The notes under the pieces: generated by a model | Told to the model about the DNA's origin: nothing | Database searches by the model: none | What the model saw: the letters and a program-made list of their open reading frames with translations, nothing else | From: Welwitschia mirabilis | Lineage: Eukaryota | Assembly (NCBI GenBank): GCA_051453625.1 | Contig: JBOZIK010000001.1 | Coordinates: 10,631,119 to 10,664,255, forward strand | DNA length: 33,137 bases | Direction: 5' to 3' | In this document: in pieces, positions 10,936-22,829 of the stretch | Position numbering within the stretch: the stretch's first letter is position 1 | How the letters are laid out: each line of letters starts with the position of its first letter | Translations under genes and position numbers: made by a program

Positions 10936-11420
10936 CATAGTTAATAAATAATAGATCAGAACAAAAGTAAATATTATACAAAAATATCTTAGATTTCTCA
11001 TGCATATAAGTGCAACCTATAAATGTTTTATAGATTTTGAGATTGATATATTTAAATCAAAAATTTAAGAGCATATATATTTACCTTCAATCTCCTTTAT
11101 ATTAGTGAATATATATCTCATTGAAAGTTAGAGAAAGATTGAAATCAAGTAATAAAGGAAGGCTTTATTAAAATCATGTATACCAAAATGCTATAACAAA
11201 GCTAGGACTACAAAGAAAACCTTTTGGCCAAAATGTTCAATAAGTAATGAAGAGACATTGAGGATGTCGAAGTTGAAATTTTCAGTAACGATTTCTCTTT
11301 AAACAACCACCAAATCACCGAAACGAATAATTTAATTACATCTAAGGCATTATAGTCTGCTAAATATGATATCCAAAAGTTTAAACTCACGACCCAATAG
11401 AGTTAAACAAGAAATTGATT

Positions 11421-11469
11421 AAGATCATTAAATAAGAAATTGGCCAAGATCATTAAATAAGAAATTGGC
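11421..11469 (+). repeat. 25-bp-period tandem duplication
   Basis: AAGATCATTAAATAAGAAATTGGC at 11421-11444 and 11446-11469, with a degenerate partial copy just upstream. Confidence 0.9.
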
Positions 11470-11926
11470 TAATGCACTTAAAATGGACACCACATTAACC
11501 AAAATTTATAAGGAAATGATCTAAATGAGAATGTTGTGTAACAATCTTCCTCATTGTGTACACTTTGTTATTAGATTCGTAAAAATGTGAGTATGATGAA
11601 TCTCACATGGTAGTAGGGTTATGTCCATAAGAAAATAAACAATAAGAAAGGAAGGAAAGCCGTAACCAAGAAAAACATGTTAATTTCATACAGGGACGAA
11701 GACTTGTTTAGATGCTTAACAAAGAGAGATTTGATTTCCCAAAGCTGTGCTTTTAGAAAACAAACTTCGTAAATATTGAGAAATCATGTAAAAAGCACTT
11801 GCCCATGTCAATGATTGAAAACAGAATGACGGGAAGTTGATAATATTCTGCAGATAAAGAAATTAGACACAAAGCTTATTCAAACTAACAAACCAAGGTT
11901 CATGTTGACAAACCAATTCCTGACGT

Positions 11927-12994
11927 TTAAATCCTTTTCTTATGTGTTTGTTTGTATTTTTGCAATCCCTTTGGGGCAGGTTTTGAGCTCATCGTGGGTT
12001 CGAGTGTGGAAGCAGTCAATGAATCAAGTAGACCTTTTCTTCCTGTCAGAGTCACTTCAAAGAATTCATCAACCTGTTTGTCTAACTGATCCAGACCTTC
12101 GGAGAGGATCTCGACACTGTATTGCAATTCTTTGACATGCTCTTCTATTTCATCCGATCTGTTTCCTCTAATGGAATCAACAGACTCTAGGGTTGCCACT
12201 GCGGAGTGCACTCTCTCAGCTTTCGCATGCAGAATTTGGATCTCCGCCAGGGCTGTGTAACTGTTTTGGTCTTCACTTATCCGTGACCTGATTTGCTCGT
12301 GGACTTCCTTCTGCAAGCTAAGAAACTTTCCGGACCAGCACAACCCATCTGGAACCCTCAATTGAATCAGTGAATTTGTTGAAACACCAAAAGCGCACGC
12401 TATCACACCACAAATGAATATAGTCATCACTTTCATGCCATACAGTGCTCTCAGGAATACTCCTTCTCTGGAAGTACTTATGGATTTCGGAAATTCCATG
12501 GATCTGCTCATCTTCCGCAACATCTCAGTGCAAATTTCGATACCATTCTCTCTTCTTTTTTCAAGTTTTGCTACCAACTCCCTGATGCTCTCTTTGACAC
12601 CAATAAGCTCTTCGACTGTGCAAATCTCTTGGAAAGTCTCAAGCATGTGCACCGCATATCGTCCCGAAAGCTTTATCTGTTTCATTTTGGAGATTTCTGA
12701 TTTTATAGCATTACATATGTCCAGACCTTTCAGGCTCTCCTCCAAATACTCGTCTATCCATTTTTGTCCCCACGGATTTTCTGCAGTATGAAGATCGGAT
12801 GCCAGAGAATTCAGATTTTCGTTTACTTCAGATAGAATTTCCAAGGCGTCGTGCACCCATTCAAGATTCATGAATTTGCTCTCATTTTTTGACAAAACTT
12901 GCAACCTCGTTAACTGTTCCATAAGATGATGCTCAGATTTCTTTGAAACTTCATCTTTTGCCGAGGATTTATGTGCTTGACGCTTGGACAACAT
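11927..12994 (-). CDS. BPS1: BYPASS1-like (BPS1/ROH1, DUF793 family) protein, uninterrupted ORF, 355 aa from the first ATG
   Basis: Motifs colinear with BPS1 as I recall it: FRNPFK (~FGNPFK), LEWVHDALE, SDLHTAENPWGQKWIDEYLEESLKGLDICNA (~TDLELPVSDWEDKWVDVYLDISVKLLDLCNA), EGVFLRALYGMKVMTIFICGVIACAF (~KGKVLMRALYGVKVKTLYISGVFAAAF), WSGKFLSLQ, LSEGLDQLDKQVDEFFEVTLTGRKGLLDSL (~LSNGIDLVSKEVDCFFKILLSGRDTLLENL). The ORF-track start at 13024 is TTG; the first ATG is at 12994. Confidence 0.92.
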   Translation of the reverse strand: MLSKRQAHKSSAKDEVSKKSEHHLMEQLTRLQVLSKNESKFMNLEWVHDALEILSEVNENLNSLASDLHTAENPWGQKWIDEYLEESLKGLDICNAIKSEISKMKQIKLSGRYAVHMLETFQEICTVEELIGVKESIRELVAKLEKRRENGIEICTEMLRKMSRSMEFPKSISTSREGVFLRALYGMKVMTIFICGVIACAFGVSTNSLIQLRVPDGLCWSGKFLSLQKEVHEQIRSRISEDQNSYTALAEIQILHAKAERVHSAVATLESVDSIRGNRSDEIEEHVKELQYSVEILSEGLDQLDKQVDEFFEVTLTGRKGLLDSLTASTLEPTMSSKPAPKGLQKYKQTHKKRI

Positions 12995-13769
12995 GGATTT
13001 GAACGGATTTCTGAAGTGCAACAACGCAGACTATCGATTATCAGAATTTATAGTTGCAAATCTGAGCTTGCTTTCACAGAAGGACAATGTACAAAAGGAC
13101 AATTACTCTTTCAAGAAAAATTCAGGTCCACAGCGTTTAACATTCAAACCCTACCTNNNNNNNNNNATAGGGAAACAATTTGAGCACAAGATAATAACTG
13201 GAGGCGTTCTGTCCCAGGGATTGTTCGATGTCGTGTTAAAGTGGAAGTTATGTGCGCCGGAAAGCTTGACCGCTCTGCATCAAGGACCACGGGTTAGCCT
13301 GCTGATGAATCTTACGACTTAGTGCAAAATTGACTGCTTCGTTTGTTTGTTTGCATGCATTAAAAATACATACAAGAAAGCAGATACTAACATGGATAAC
13401 AGAAGGATGAATTCGCTTTGTAACATACATCTTACAGCATTTTCACAACTGTTAATGTCCAGATGCTATCAACGGAGAAACGATTGAAACAAAGACATAC
13501 TGATTACAGTCACTGATTTTGACACAGGTACAATCGAAGAAATTAACTTCCCGTAGCGAAACGAGTACGTATTTTTATCAAAAAAGGCTTTCTGACCGCT
13601 AAAACTTCAAAGAACGATAACGGTAAAGAAAAATCTAAGAAGCACACATATACAATTTGACAACAAAAGGAGCGTTACATTTAAGAATTGAGAACCATAG
13701 ACAAGCGTTATGCTCAATTCTAAGGGCCTATTCAGAACAATTGTACGCAGAGAGTTTTCATTTACTTAC

Positions 13770-14160
13770 ACAACACTACTGCAAGATCGTCATTCTTCGA
13801 AATCAGAGGGGCTTTGGAGCGTAAAGCGACGCTAAAGTATAAGGAAAAAGAGGAATGCATGTTTTACTGGAGATGAGATGGGATAAGTATGAAAGAAACT
13901 GAGGCGGCAAGAAAATCTGGCGGTTGAAAATTGGAAAGAAGACGTTCGGAAGCCGTTTTCTTGAGATGCGGGATGGAAAAAGCACGAGTCTGCTTTCTGT
14001 GGATGCTGTCGTGAGAGAAACGGTAGACGATTCAATTCTGCAAGTCTGTTTTGACTTCTTTGGATAAATGTTATGCAAAAAAGGACGATTCCAAGCCTTA
14101 AAAAAATGAATATTTAAAACGTCATCGACGGTTTCGTCGTTTTGTCTCGACTCGTTTTTT
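13770..14160 (-). promoter_or_regulatory. Probable promoter and first (5'UTR) exon of the BPS1-like gene
   Basis: CpG-rich, CT-rich leader-like sequence on the minus strand, ending at a GTAAGT donor (GT at 13769). CpG retention stops abruptly at ~14160, where decayed repeats begin. Confidence 0.45.
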
Positions 14161-14190
14161 GCATGTACTATTTTAGGTTCCTTCTAACAA

Positions 14191-14714
14191 GTTAATTAAT
14201 TGAAAACTATGGACTTAATTCATTGAAAACTAAGGGCTTTTACTATTTGTTAAATTATATTAATTATGTTTAGAAACATAGTTCTTCTTAAGATATTAGG
14301 GGTTTAAACCTTTAGTAATACACAAGCATTATCATGAGGAGCGGGGTTTAGGTGTAATTAAATTATTCATTTTGTGGTTGTATTTCTCAAGGAGGTACAT
14401 TGACTAAAAGTCTTGTGTTTGGCATCACTACTACTTGTTAATTAAAAACTACAAGCTTAATTCATTGAAAACTAAGGGTTCTTACTATTTGTTAAATGAC
14501 ACTAATTATGTTTAGAAACATGTTAGTGTTGTTTTGGAACGCTTAGTTCTTATTAAGAGCTAATGGTTTTAGACTTTAGGTAATGCTTGACAAGCATCAT
14601 TGTGAGAAACCAAATCTGGGCATAATCAAATCTTTTATTTAAGCAATCATGATGGTTGTACCTTTGAAGGAGGTACATTCGCTAAAGACCTTGTGTTTAG
14701 CATTCCCAATACTT
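14191..14714 (+). repeat. Tandem duplication (14191-14436 / 14437-14714), each unit containing a degenerate copy of the SINE-like family
   Basis: Both units share CTTAATTCATTGAAAACTAAGGG, TAATTATGTTTAGAAACAT and AGGAGGTACATT...CTTGTGTTT. Their 3' halves align with the 5454-5641 repeat (e.g. GGCATAATCAAATC vs AGCATAACTAAATC; TGGTTGT...AGGTA...ACTAAAAGT). Confidence 0.85.
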
Positions 14715-15319
14715 GTAAACATGTTATTCTATTTTTTTTTTTTAAGACTTTTTTGAGAAACTGACTCAACCACAAAGTCACACTAGTACTACTCCGTTAT
14801 AATTTTCTTAAGTGTTTTTTGTTTCTTAATTTTTGTTTTTAAGCTTAACTTATGCTTCTAAAGAACATGTTTAACAAATATCTATATACCCATCTTATAT
14901 ACCTTAGTATCACATAAGCTTAAACTAGTAACAAATCTTTGTTAAGTAAAACAATAATTCCACATCCTATAATAAAAAAGTTATTTTTATGAGTCTTAAG
15001 CATTATTTGTTTTAATATATGTGAAACCTTTTTGGAAAAGAGTATACATAATTATCGCTTTATGCTTTTAAAACGCTTGATATTATTGATTGAATTAAAA
15101 GGACTTGAAAATTAGTGAATGACTTTTTACAAAAGATAACGAATTTGTATAAATTTGTTATTATGTAGTTCCAGAAGTTAATGACAACCCTTAGGATTTA
15201 GGTGATAAGAGTTTAAATTTGTTCAAATCTAATTGGAATGGAAGTGGCATAGAATGAAGATTATTGTAAGGGTCTTAAAAGTGTGAATTATGGAAATTTT
15301 GTTACCCAAGGATATTGCC

Positions 15320-15900
15320 TCTTGTTATATTTTCTTGACAATCCATGGCTACATTGTCCAAGTAAACTGAATGCAATTTTGGAATAGCTAATTATTAAGG
15401 TTTTGCACCCTCAATATTTTTCCAAAATCTTTTCTACAAGTAGAGCTTTCAAATCCATTCATCGTAACTACTGTTATAGATATTGAAGCTTTAATCAATC
15501 TTGTGTTTTCCTTGTTATTCATAAATGAACATTAGATTTTGATCCAAATCTACCTGATGTACTAAAATTTCTTGCTACCTTATGCTAGAAAATCTTCTGT
15601 TCATTTTTCAAATGGTAGAATAGGACATTATTGCTAGTATTGATTTAACGTTAAATTAAAAACATTTTCACCACCTAATGGTACTCCTTGCCCATGTTAC
15701 TTTGTAGAGATCAATTTGCAACACAAGAAGAAAGAATTTAAACTTAAGTGGGGTAACACAACTTATGTTCATAAAGTTACATATTATAATATGATAAGAT
15801 GTTTTCACTAGTATAGTCAAAAGAACCATACAATTTATGATTATTAACATTAAATAAGAGAAACTCTTAGGAGGAACAATAGTCTTATGCTAGAAAAAAA
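15320..15900 (-). mobile_element. Possible LINE ORF1 remnant (degenerate zinc knuckle)
   Basis: Minus strand IISYSKIAF..LG(H)VAMDC at ~15396-15338 weakly resembles the xYExxPxxCxxCxxLGHxxxxC motif; very degenerate. Confidence 0.25.
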
Positions 15901-16589
15901 TGTTGTTACTTCCTTATCACTTATTCCTTTTTGTCGATCTATAATAAGGCATTAAATTCTTGGCATAAATCCTTCCTTGACTTTAAAAATAAAAGGAAGG
16001 GTTGAAGAATCCTTTTGCTTTATGACATCTAATCATGCTTTTTAAAATTCTTATATAATTAATTCAAACGTAGATGTAGAAGATTTCATCTGGTTAGTGT
16101 AATTAACACAAACAATTTTAGAGAGACTTAAGTTTAAAACATTTAGGTAACTTGCCACCAATAAATTTTGATTTCATTATTTCTTCCTTCGATAATAGTT
16201 TTTTAACTATTAATAATATGAAATGTGAATTTGAGAACTATTCAAGATGCAAGGGGGGTCCTCCTCCCCCTCTCAATAATTTTAGTTCTTTCATGAAATG
16301 TATGAGGCCTTACAAATAGGATCTAGCTTTTAGATTCTATGGTGATAAATATGAGATCTTGTGGAATGTAGCTTTTAACTCTAGCTCTAAGCTGAATAAA
16401 TTTATACAAATAAAAAGCAATTAAAATATCTCTTATAGTAAAGACTTGAGAACTTTTTACTATGGTTTTATTTCTTGTTCTTATTTTTGGTCTTTATACT
16501 TTGATGCTTTTACACCATTTTTTTGGTATTAGTGAGTGGATATATTTTACTTTTAATAAAATAATTTTTTAGGATCTGACATTGTCCTT

Positions 16590-17030
16590 AAGAGTAGTAA
16601 CAAATACAAGAAAAGAACAATTAAGAAGATAAAAGACAATAAATTTCATGTTGTTGATTTCACTATGATAAAAAAAGAGAGTCCTAGAGTAGGTTTATTT
16701 AAAAATGAAGCATCAAAAGATTAGTCTGTTGAAGACACTTAAGAGGATTTCAACTAATGCATATCATGTAGAATTACCTAAAGGTATGAGGGTTTCTACT
16801 TTTCTTAATGATGCTAATTTGTTATTATATCATAAAGATAAATTAACTATTACAACTTTAGTAGTTAATTTAAAGATATTATTTAAGAAGGAATATTATT
16901 TTAATCAATGAGATTAACATAAAGGAAAGAAATACTTAAGGACATAACTATTATGACTTTATTGTTATATTTTTCAAGGAAGATAGTTAAGATAAGAAAT
17001 GGGTTATAAGACAAGAGTTGATTACCGTGG
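16590..17030 (+). mobile_element. Ty3/gypsy integrase C-terminal (Tf2-type SH3-like) remnant, possibly followed by a decayed chromodomain
   Basis: KHQKISLLKTLKRISTNAYHVELPKGMRVSTFLNDANLLLYH (from 16708) matches KLxPRxIGPFKILKRIxxNAYxLELPxxMRIxxTFNVxDLxxY. Confidence 0.72.
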
Positions 17031-18299
17031 GGAACAAAATCCATAATTTGACTTCAATGTACATAATTTCCTTTCCAACTTGGCGTTCTCTCAATGGATG
17101 ATATTTTTCCCTTGCAAGATGTATTTCATGTGATAATAGAGTTGCTTGATATGTTTCTAATGAAGCAAAATTGATTTCTAGTTTTTTTGGAGTAGTTTTG
17201 AGTGATTAAAGACTTCATGTTAATGATTGATAATAGTTGGTCAATTAAACTACTAAAGACTAGCCACTAAATTATTCATTAATCTTAAATATTAATTTGT
17301 CATAAGGCCAATCAATGAAGATTAAGGGTTAATTAATTACTTTTGACAACACATGTAAAATAACATATGTTGGGTTTATTGACTAAGTCTAAAAGTGGAT
17401 TAACCAAGTTCAAAGTAGTTATGATATTTTCTAGAGTTAGAACAATTCAAACAAACATCTAGAAAAGGTAAAAGTGTGTTATGATAATGATAAAAGAAAT
17501 TATAATCTAGGGTGAAAACCCCTAAGCATATAAAGGGATTAGATCTAAGGGTGAAACTTCAAAGATATTAACAGATGTGGTAGTGTAAACTTTAGGGAAA
17601 TAATTGACTCCAAGTTTAAGTAAGGATTAGATTTTATCTAATGCCTTAGTTAAATAGGTCATGATAACTAAAAGATAACAGAGTTTAAAATGGTCAATAA
17701 CTGCTTTAAAAGAGTGAAAAGTTAAAAGACCAAAATATTAGAGAAGAATAGATTTGCAATCTGATAAAATAACTCTTATTAAAGAAAGAAAATGGAGCTA
17801 ATACCATAGGTGATGATACTAATTAGAGTTAGATAAATAATGAGGGCTTTTGTAAGTCATTTGTTGTGCTATGACTAATTTTAAAAATGTGATACCATGA
17901 TTGAAGTAATCAAGAAAGTATTATAAAGTAAAAAGAAACCTTAAATATAATTAGCATATCATTTTGTGGTGTATAATTCTAGTAGAATATAATTACTATA
18001 AAAATAAAAGATAATAATAATAAGTTATATATTTATTTATGACTATTACAAATAATTATCTTATTTATCAACATGAAAACATAATTTGTGATTTAGTGGT
18101 GGCACATAGCTACATGTCATATGCATAAGTTTGTAAGACATTTTGGATAACAAATAACTTTGCATGCAAATTTGAAATATAGCAATCTTAAATTAATAGT
18201 TTAAGAATTATCTAAAAAACTACTCCATGATTCATTCAATGGAAGAGTTCATGTTCAACCAATCATAACTAGATTAACTTTTTAGAAATGGGATGTTTA

Positions 18300-20900
18300 T
18301 CAAGTTGAAAGTCTTCTTATTAAAAGTTACCTTCCTTGGCTTAACTCCATAATGAAAATTGTAAAGAATTGTTCAAATATTTAAATAGACTTAATCCTAT
18401 TCATTCTTTTGTATTATATCCCTTTAATGATAATATCATTTCTCATGTTGGTAACTTATTTTCTCATTTGGTGGATCACTCTGCACTATCATTTCAAGCT
18501 ACTCTTATAGACATTATAGCTTTTCAAGAGGCTACTTCCTCCTTGCCTACCCTGGCTATCATCATAAATGTTAGAAGTTGACATTACTACAGATGAACTA
18601 AAATAAGCTTTCTTTCATATGAGTAATGGTAAATCTCTAGAATATGATGGTATTCCACTCAAAGTTTTTAAAACTCATTAGGATATTATTAGTAATGATC
18701 CTTTTCTTGTTATTCAAGAAAGAATAGCTATAGGATCTTTGGGTTATCATTTTAATTAAGAAGTTATTAGACTTTTTTATTTAAATTTTATGATCCTAAT
18801 TAGATTAGTAATTAACATCCAATAAGTATTCTTAATGTGTTATACAAAATTTGAGCTAAACGTTTGGCTTTAAGATTGAAGATGATTATTCCATATATCA
18901 TATATTTCTAGCAAATAGACTTTAATCATGGAAAGTCTATCTTAAATAATGTGATAACAACTTGGAATGGTTTTCAATAAGAAAAAGATACTATTCAAGA
19001 TGTCCTTTTTATCAGATTGAACTATGATGAGACTTGTAATCAAACTAAGTGGGATTTCATTCTTTAGGTTATGTTAAAGCTTGGTTTTGGTCCTAAATTC
19101 CTTCACATGATTTGCTGTCTATGTGTTATTGCTAATGCTTAGATAGCGATAAATTTCAGTAGCAATTCCTATTTTACTGTTTATTATTCAATGAGAAGTT
19201 TGTCATTTGGCCACTTATGTAGTTATTATTATAGTAGATTTTTGTTGTCATCATATTCAATGGGATATTCAGAGTAAGGCCATTAAAAACATCATTCTCT
19301 CTGATCTTAATGATTAAATTCATAATATACACTTTGTTGTTGACTTATTTTTTCTGATAAATAGTAATTCTGTTGATATTAATTAACCATTGTTTCAAGC
19401 TGAGTAATATTGATTCCTTTTAATCCTCCCCTCCATTATTTAATATTGTCTATCTATAGTTTCATACTAAATTATTAGTATTTATAAGTAAAAAGCTAGA
19501 AATTAGTATGAAAGCAATAAATTATTAGAATTCTTTATCTATTTTCTTTAGTTTGTAAGTTTATCCTTCTTCTCTTACAGATTGGGTTTGTCTTACAGTT
19601 GTAAGAAAATATAAACAAATGAAAAATAAAATCTTTTACCTAAAAAAATAATTTCCTATCTTGTAAGATTATTCTAGCTTCTACTTATATTTTTTATAAA
19701 ACTTTTTAGTCTACTTAACATAAATTAGAGTGTTTATTCAAGAATTTCATGTGATCATGTAAAGATTCTAAGAAAGGGATTCATCATGTAAACTAAGATA
19801 TAACTAATTTAACTAAACAACAAGGTGGGTTAAGTTTTATAAATTCTTTTAAGTAGGGTCATACATTAGTAGCTATGTGAATTTTTAACATCTAGATTCT
19901 TAAGATATTATTGGAAAAGTTTTTCAACCTTGTCTTTAATGAGTTTTATCTAAAAATAAATCCTTTTAGAAGGGCATTTACTTCATTACTTGAGTTTTAT
20001 CTTCACAAAGAAATAAACATATAGGCATACATGTTTCTCCTAATATTAGAGAGCTTAAAACGTATTGCATCAATATATTGATTGGAAAAATATTTCTCTA
20101 CGTTTAAATCTTCTTATCTAGGTTTGCAGTTGATGGTTGTCATTGTCACATGCTCTAATTTCTTTCACAAACTCCAAGTTATTGACTCATTGATTTACAA
20201 ATGCATTATCTCTTTTAATTTCCCAAGGCTAGCAAGTCAAGGGATTTTCTAAGAATAATTTAAAACTCTCTATGATGCTTCTTCTACCATACAACATTTT
20301 CTTTTCAAAATCCATAATTTTCTTCTTTAACAGGTGCATTTAGACAATGCAAAGAAAATTTATTTAAGAATATCAATTAGAATAATGGCTTAAAATTTTT
20401 ACTGTATAATACTTTCACACCTTTCTAGTTACTCCATAGTTCATCTGTTCTTTTCACTCATTGTAGTGAACTTTGGAATAAGTAAGAAAATGAGTATTTC
20501 TAAGTGAATATTTTTAGAAAAAACTAAAAACTCCTAGTGCTTTCAAAAATTAAGCATTTTTTTCTTCATTAATTTTATGCATTGGTTTTATTTTTTAATG
20601 TTTAGGTATTTTAAGTTGATATGCCCTTAGTATGGTGTACTTGAAAGTTTTAGTCATATTTTTTTGAAAATGTCTTTTTGCTAGAAACACTTGGATATGG
20701 ACACGTTAAGTCCTCTAGAACATTCAAATTTCAAAAGATGTGGTATTCTTTGGCTTTCTGTTAAATGTCAATTTATATAAAACGTTATTTTTGCTATTAC
20801 TTTGTATTAAATTTGGAAGTACAACTACAATTTAATATTCCATAAAACAAAGTATTCCTCTCCCCATCATTTGATTATTTAGGAGAAAACCAAGACTTTG
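18300..20900 (+). mobile_element. L1-clade LINE ORF2 remnant (RT and zf-RVT), many stops and frameshifts
   Basis: GKSLEYDGIPLKVFKTH*DII (18629; KAPGPDG motif); N*HPISILNVLYKI*AKRLALRLK (NWRPISLLN); GKSILNNV; RLNYDETCNQTKWDFIL*VMLKLGFG (LDFxKAYDxVxW); HFVVD (FADD); KQQGGLSF (~19820); CP*YGVLESFSHIF (~20622); IWKYNYNLIF (~20810). Confidence 0.87.
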
Positions 20901-22507
20901 TGGAAGGTTTATTTTTAACTTTGAACTTAAGAAAGGAAGGCCTATCTTGAGGTGGATTATCTTATGCATCTTCTGGAGCATTGGTTATAGGGACAATGCA
21001 TGGTTATCAAAGTATCTCATAAAGATCTGCTTCATCCACATGCCTCTACTGATCAGCTCCTGTTACAAGATCAAAATTGAAAAATTTCCTATAATTTCTT
21101 ATCATTAAAGTTTATTTAGTTATTATCATTATTTCTATCATACTAGTAGCTTCATGTTAAGGTTATCATGCCTTATTTTTTAGTTTCTCAAAACATACTT
21201 ATCATGTCATATTTTTTAGTTTCTCATAGCATACTTCTTGTTTATGCCATGGTGTCTTGATTTTAAACCCTTTTTTTGATTGTAATGAAATTTCTTTAAG
21301 GACCAAATCCCCCGCAATATTTCATAATTTATGTATCATCTTATCTTAGAATTGACTAAGGAAGGGGATGTTAAACTTGAAACTATTCATGATGCACTTT
21401 AAAAGGTTATGTTTTTCCTCTACTAAACATAAAATATAAGGTAAAGGACTAGAATGTATCTAAAGAAAGAATGAATAAAACTTTTATAAAATGTATCCAA
21501 AAATCTAATATTATATATTAATCATGTTTTTAAAGATATTTTCTCATACATTAAATTCTTCAAAAATCCCTTATATGTGATCTTAAGTTTATTTAAAAAA
21601 TCACTTCACGATATCAAAGCTATTATTTTGTGATGGAATCTAACATTTTGAATAATAAAGCTAGAAAGTATAAATAAATAGTATTAATATTTAGTAGCTA
21701 TTCATCATTAAATATGTGGATTAAAAAAATAAAAAAATTTTATAAATCTATTGAATGTGAAATATAGGAAAGCCACGTAGATATATCTCATATCTCATGT
21801 TTGACAGATCCAAATTCTCTATAAAATCATCTTGTGATAATATTAAATATGTGAAGTCATATATTTAATACCTTGAAATACAGTGCATAAAGGGGTGGAA
21901 GGGAGTTAATATTCTTGTTAGAAGTTGCAGATTGTATCTTAAATAAAAAGATTTAAAATAATAATAATAATAAAGACCTTTAAGATCCAACGATTTGAAG
22001 TTAGAGAGATGTTTTATCTAAGTGGATGTGTAAAGACAAATTACAACTAAATTAGAACTACTAAAGAAACTCTTTATACGTATTTTAGTAATAGTCAAAA
22101 ATTTTTCTTGGTTGTAATTTCTTTATAAAATATATTAAAAAAGCTCTTGAAATTTTCTTCTTTATAAAGAAATTAGGTCAAAATCATAATAGAGATAAAC
22201 TATTATTACTTAGAAGCTTTAGGAAAATGGAGTTAAAGAAAATTAAAAACTTTTTTCTAATGTCTTCTTTAGAGGAACTAATCCCATGAAAATAGTTCCT
22301 TGAATATGCATGTTTTATCTATACAATACATTTTTTAAGGTAGCTTAAAATATTCCTAACCAATCTTTAAGAAAGATTCATATTTTTTGGGGGCTTAAGA
22401 CATTGTTTTAGAATCATATATTAAGTTTTTGGAGTTTGAAGTTAAGAAATTAAAGAGGTTCATTACATCCTATCAAGATTAATGATGTTTCTTTAGTGGA
22501 AGAGACA

Positions 22508-22617
22508 ATGATTTTTAGGGGCTTTGTAGTCTATAACAAATATTAATGTCTTATTGAATAACTTGACACAAAGTCATGTGGGATAAAGTTTATCTTGAGA
22601 AAAGCCCCTAAAATCAT
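22508..22617. repeat. 17-18 bp inverted repeat with 75-bp spacer
   Basis: ATGATTTTTAGGGGCTTT (22508-22525) vs AAAGCCCCTAAAATCAT (22601-22617), one indel. Confidence 0.6.
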
Positions 22618-22829
22618 TTTTTTCATTTATAAAAATAATCCACATGGGTATACCTTAAATACATAAAAATTTCTTACCACATATAAATTAAGAAGATTAT
22701 GAAAATGATCATAAGGAATTAATATTTCATAATTACTTTTCCTATTCTATAGCTTATTATTAAATCATTTACTAAACAAACTAAAAGAAGATGCTTACAA
22801 ATCATAATGAAATTATATGTTAGATAGGT

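Noticed and set aside
12414-12791. 125-aa plus-strand ORF (also 11902-12135)
   Set aside because: Antisense shadow of the BPS1-like CDS.
16236-21396. AACTATTCA(A/T)GATGCA at 16236-16251 and 21381-21396 as a LINE target-site duplication
   Set aside because: A 15/16 match is expected by chance in a 33-kb AT-rich window, and the intervening DNA mixes unrelated elements.
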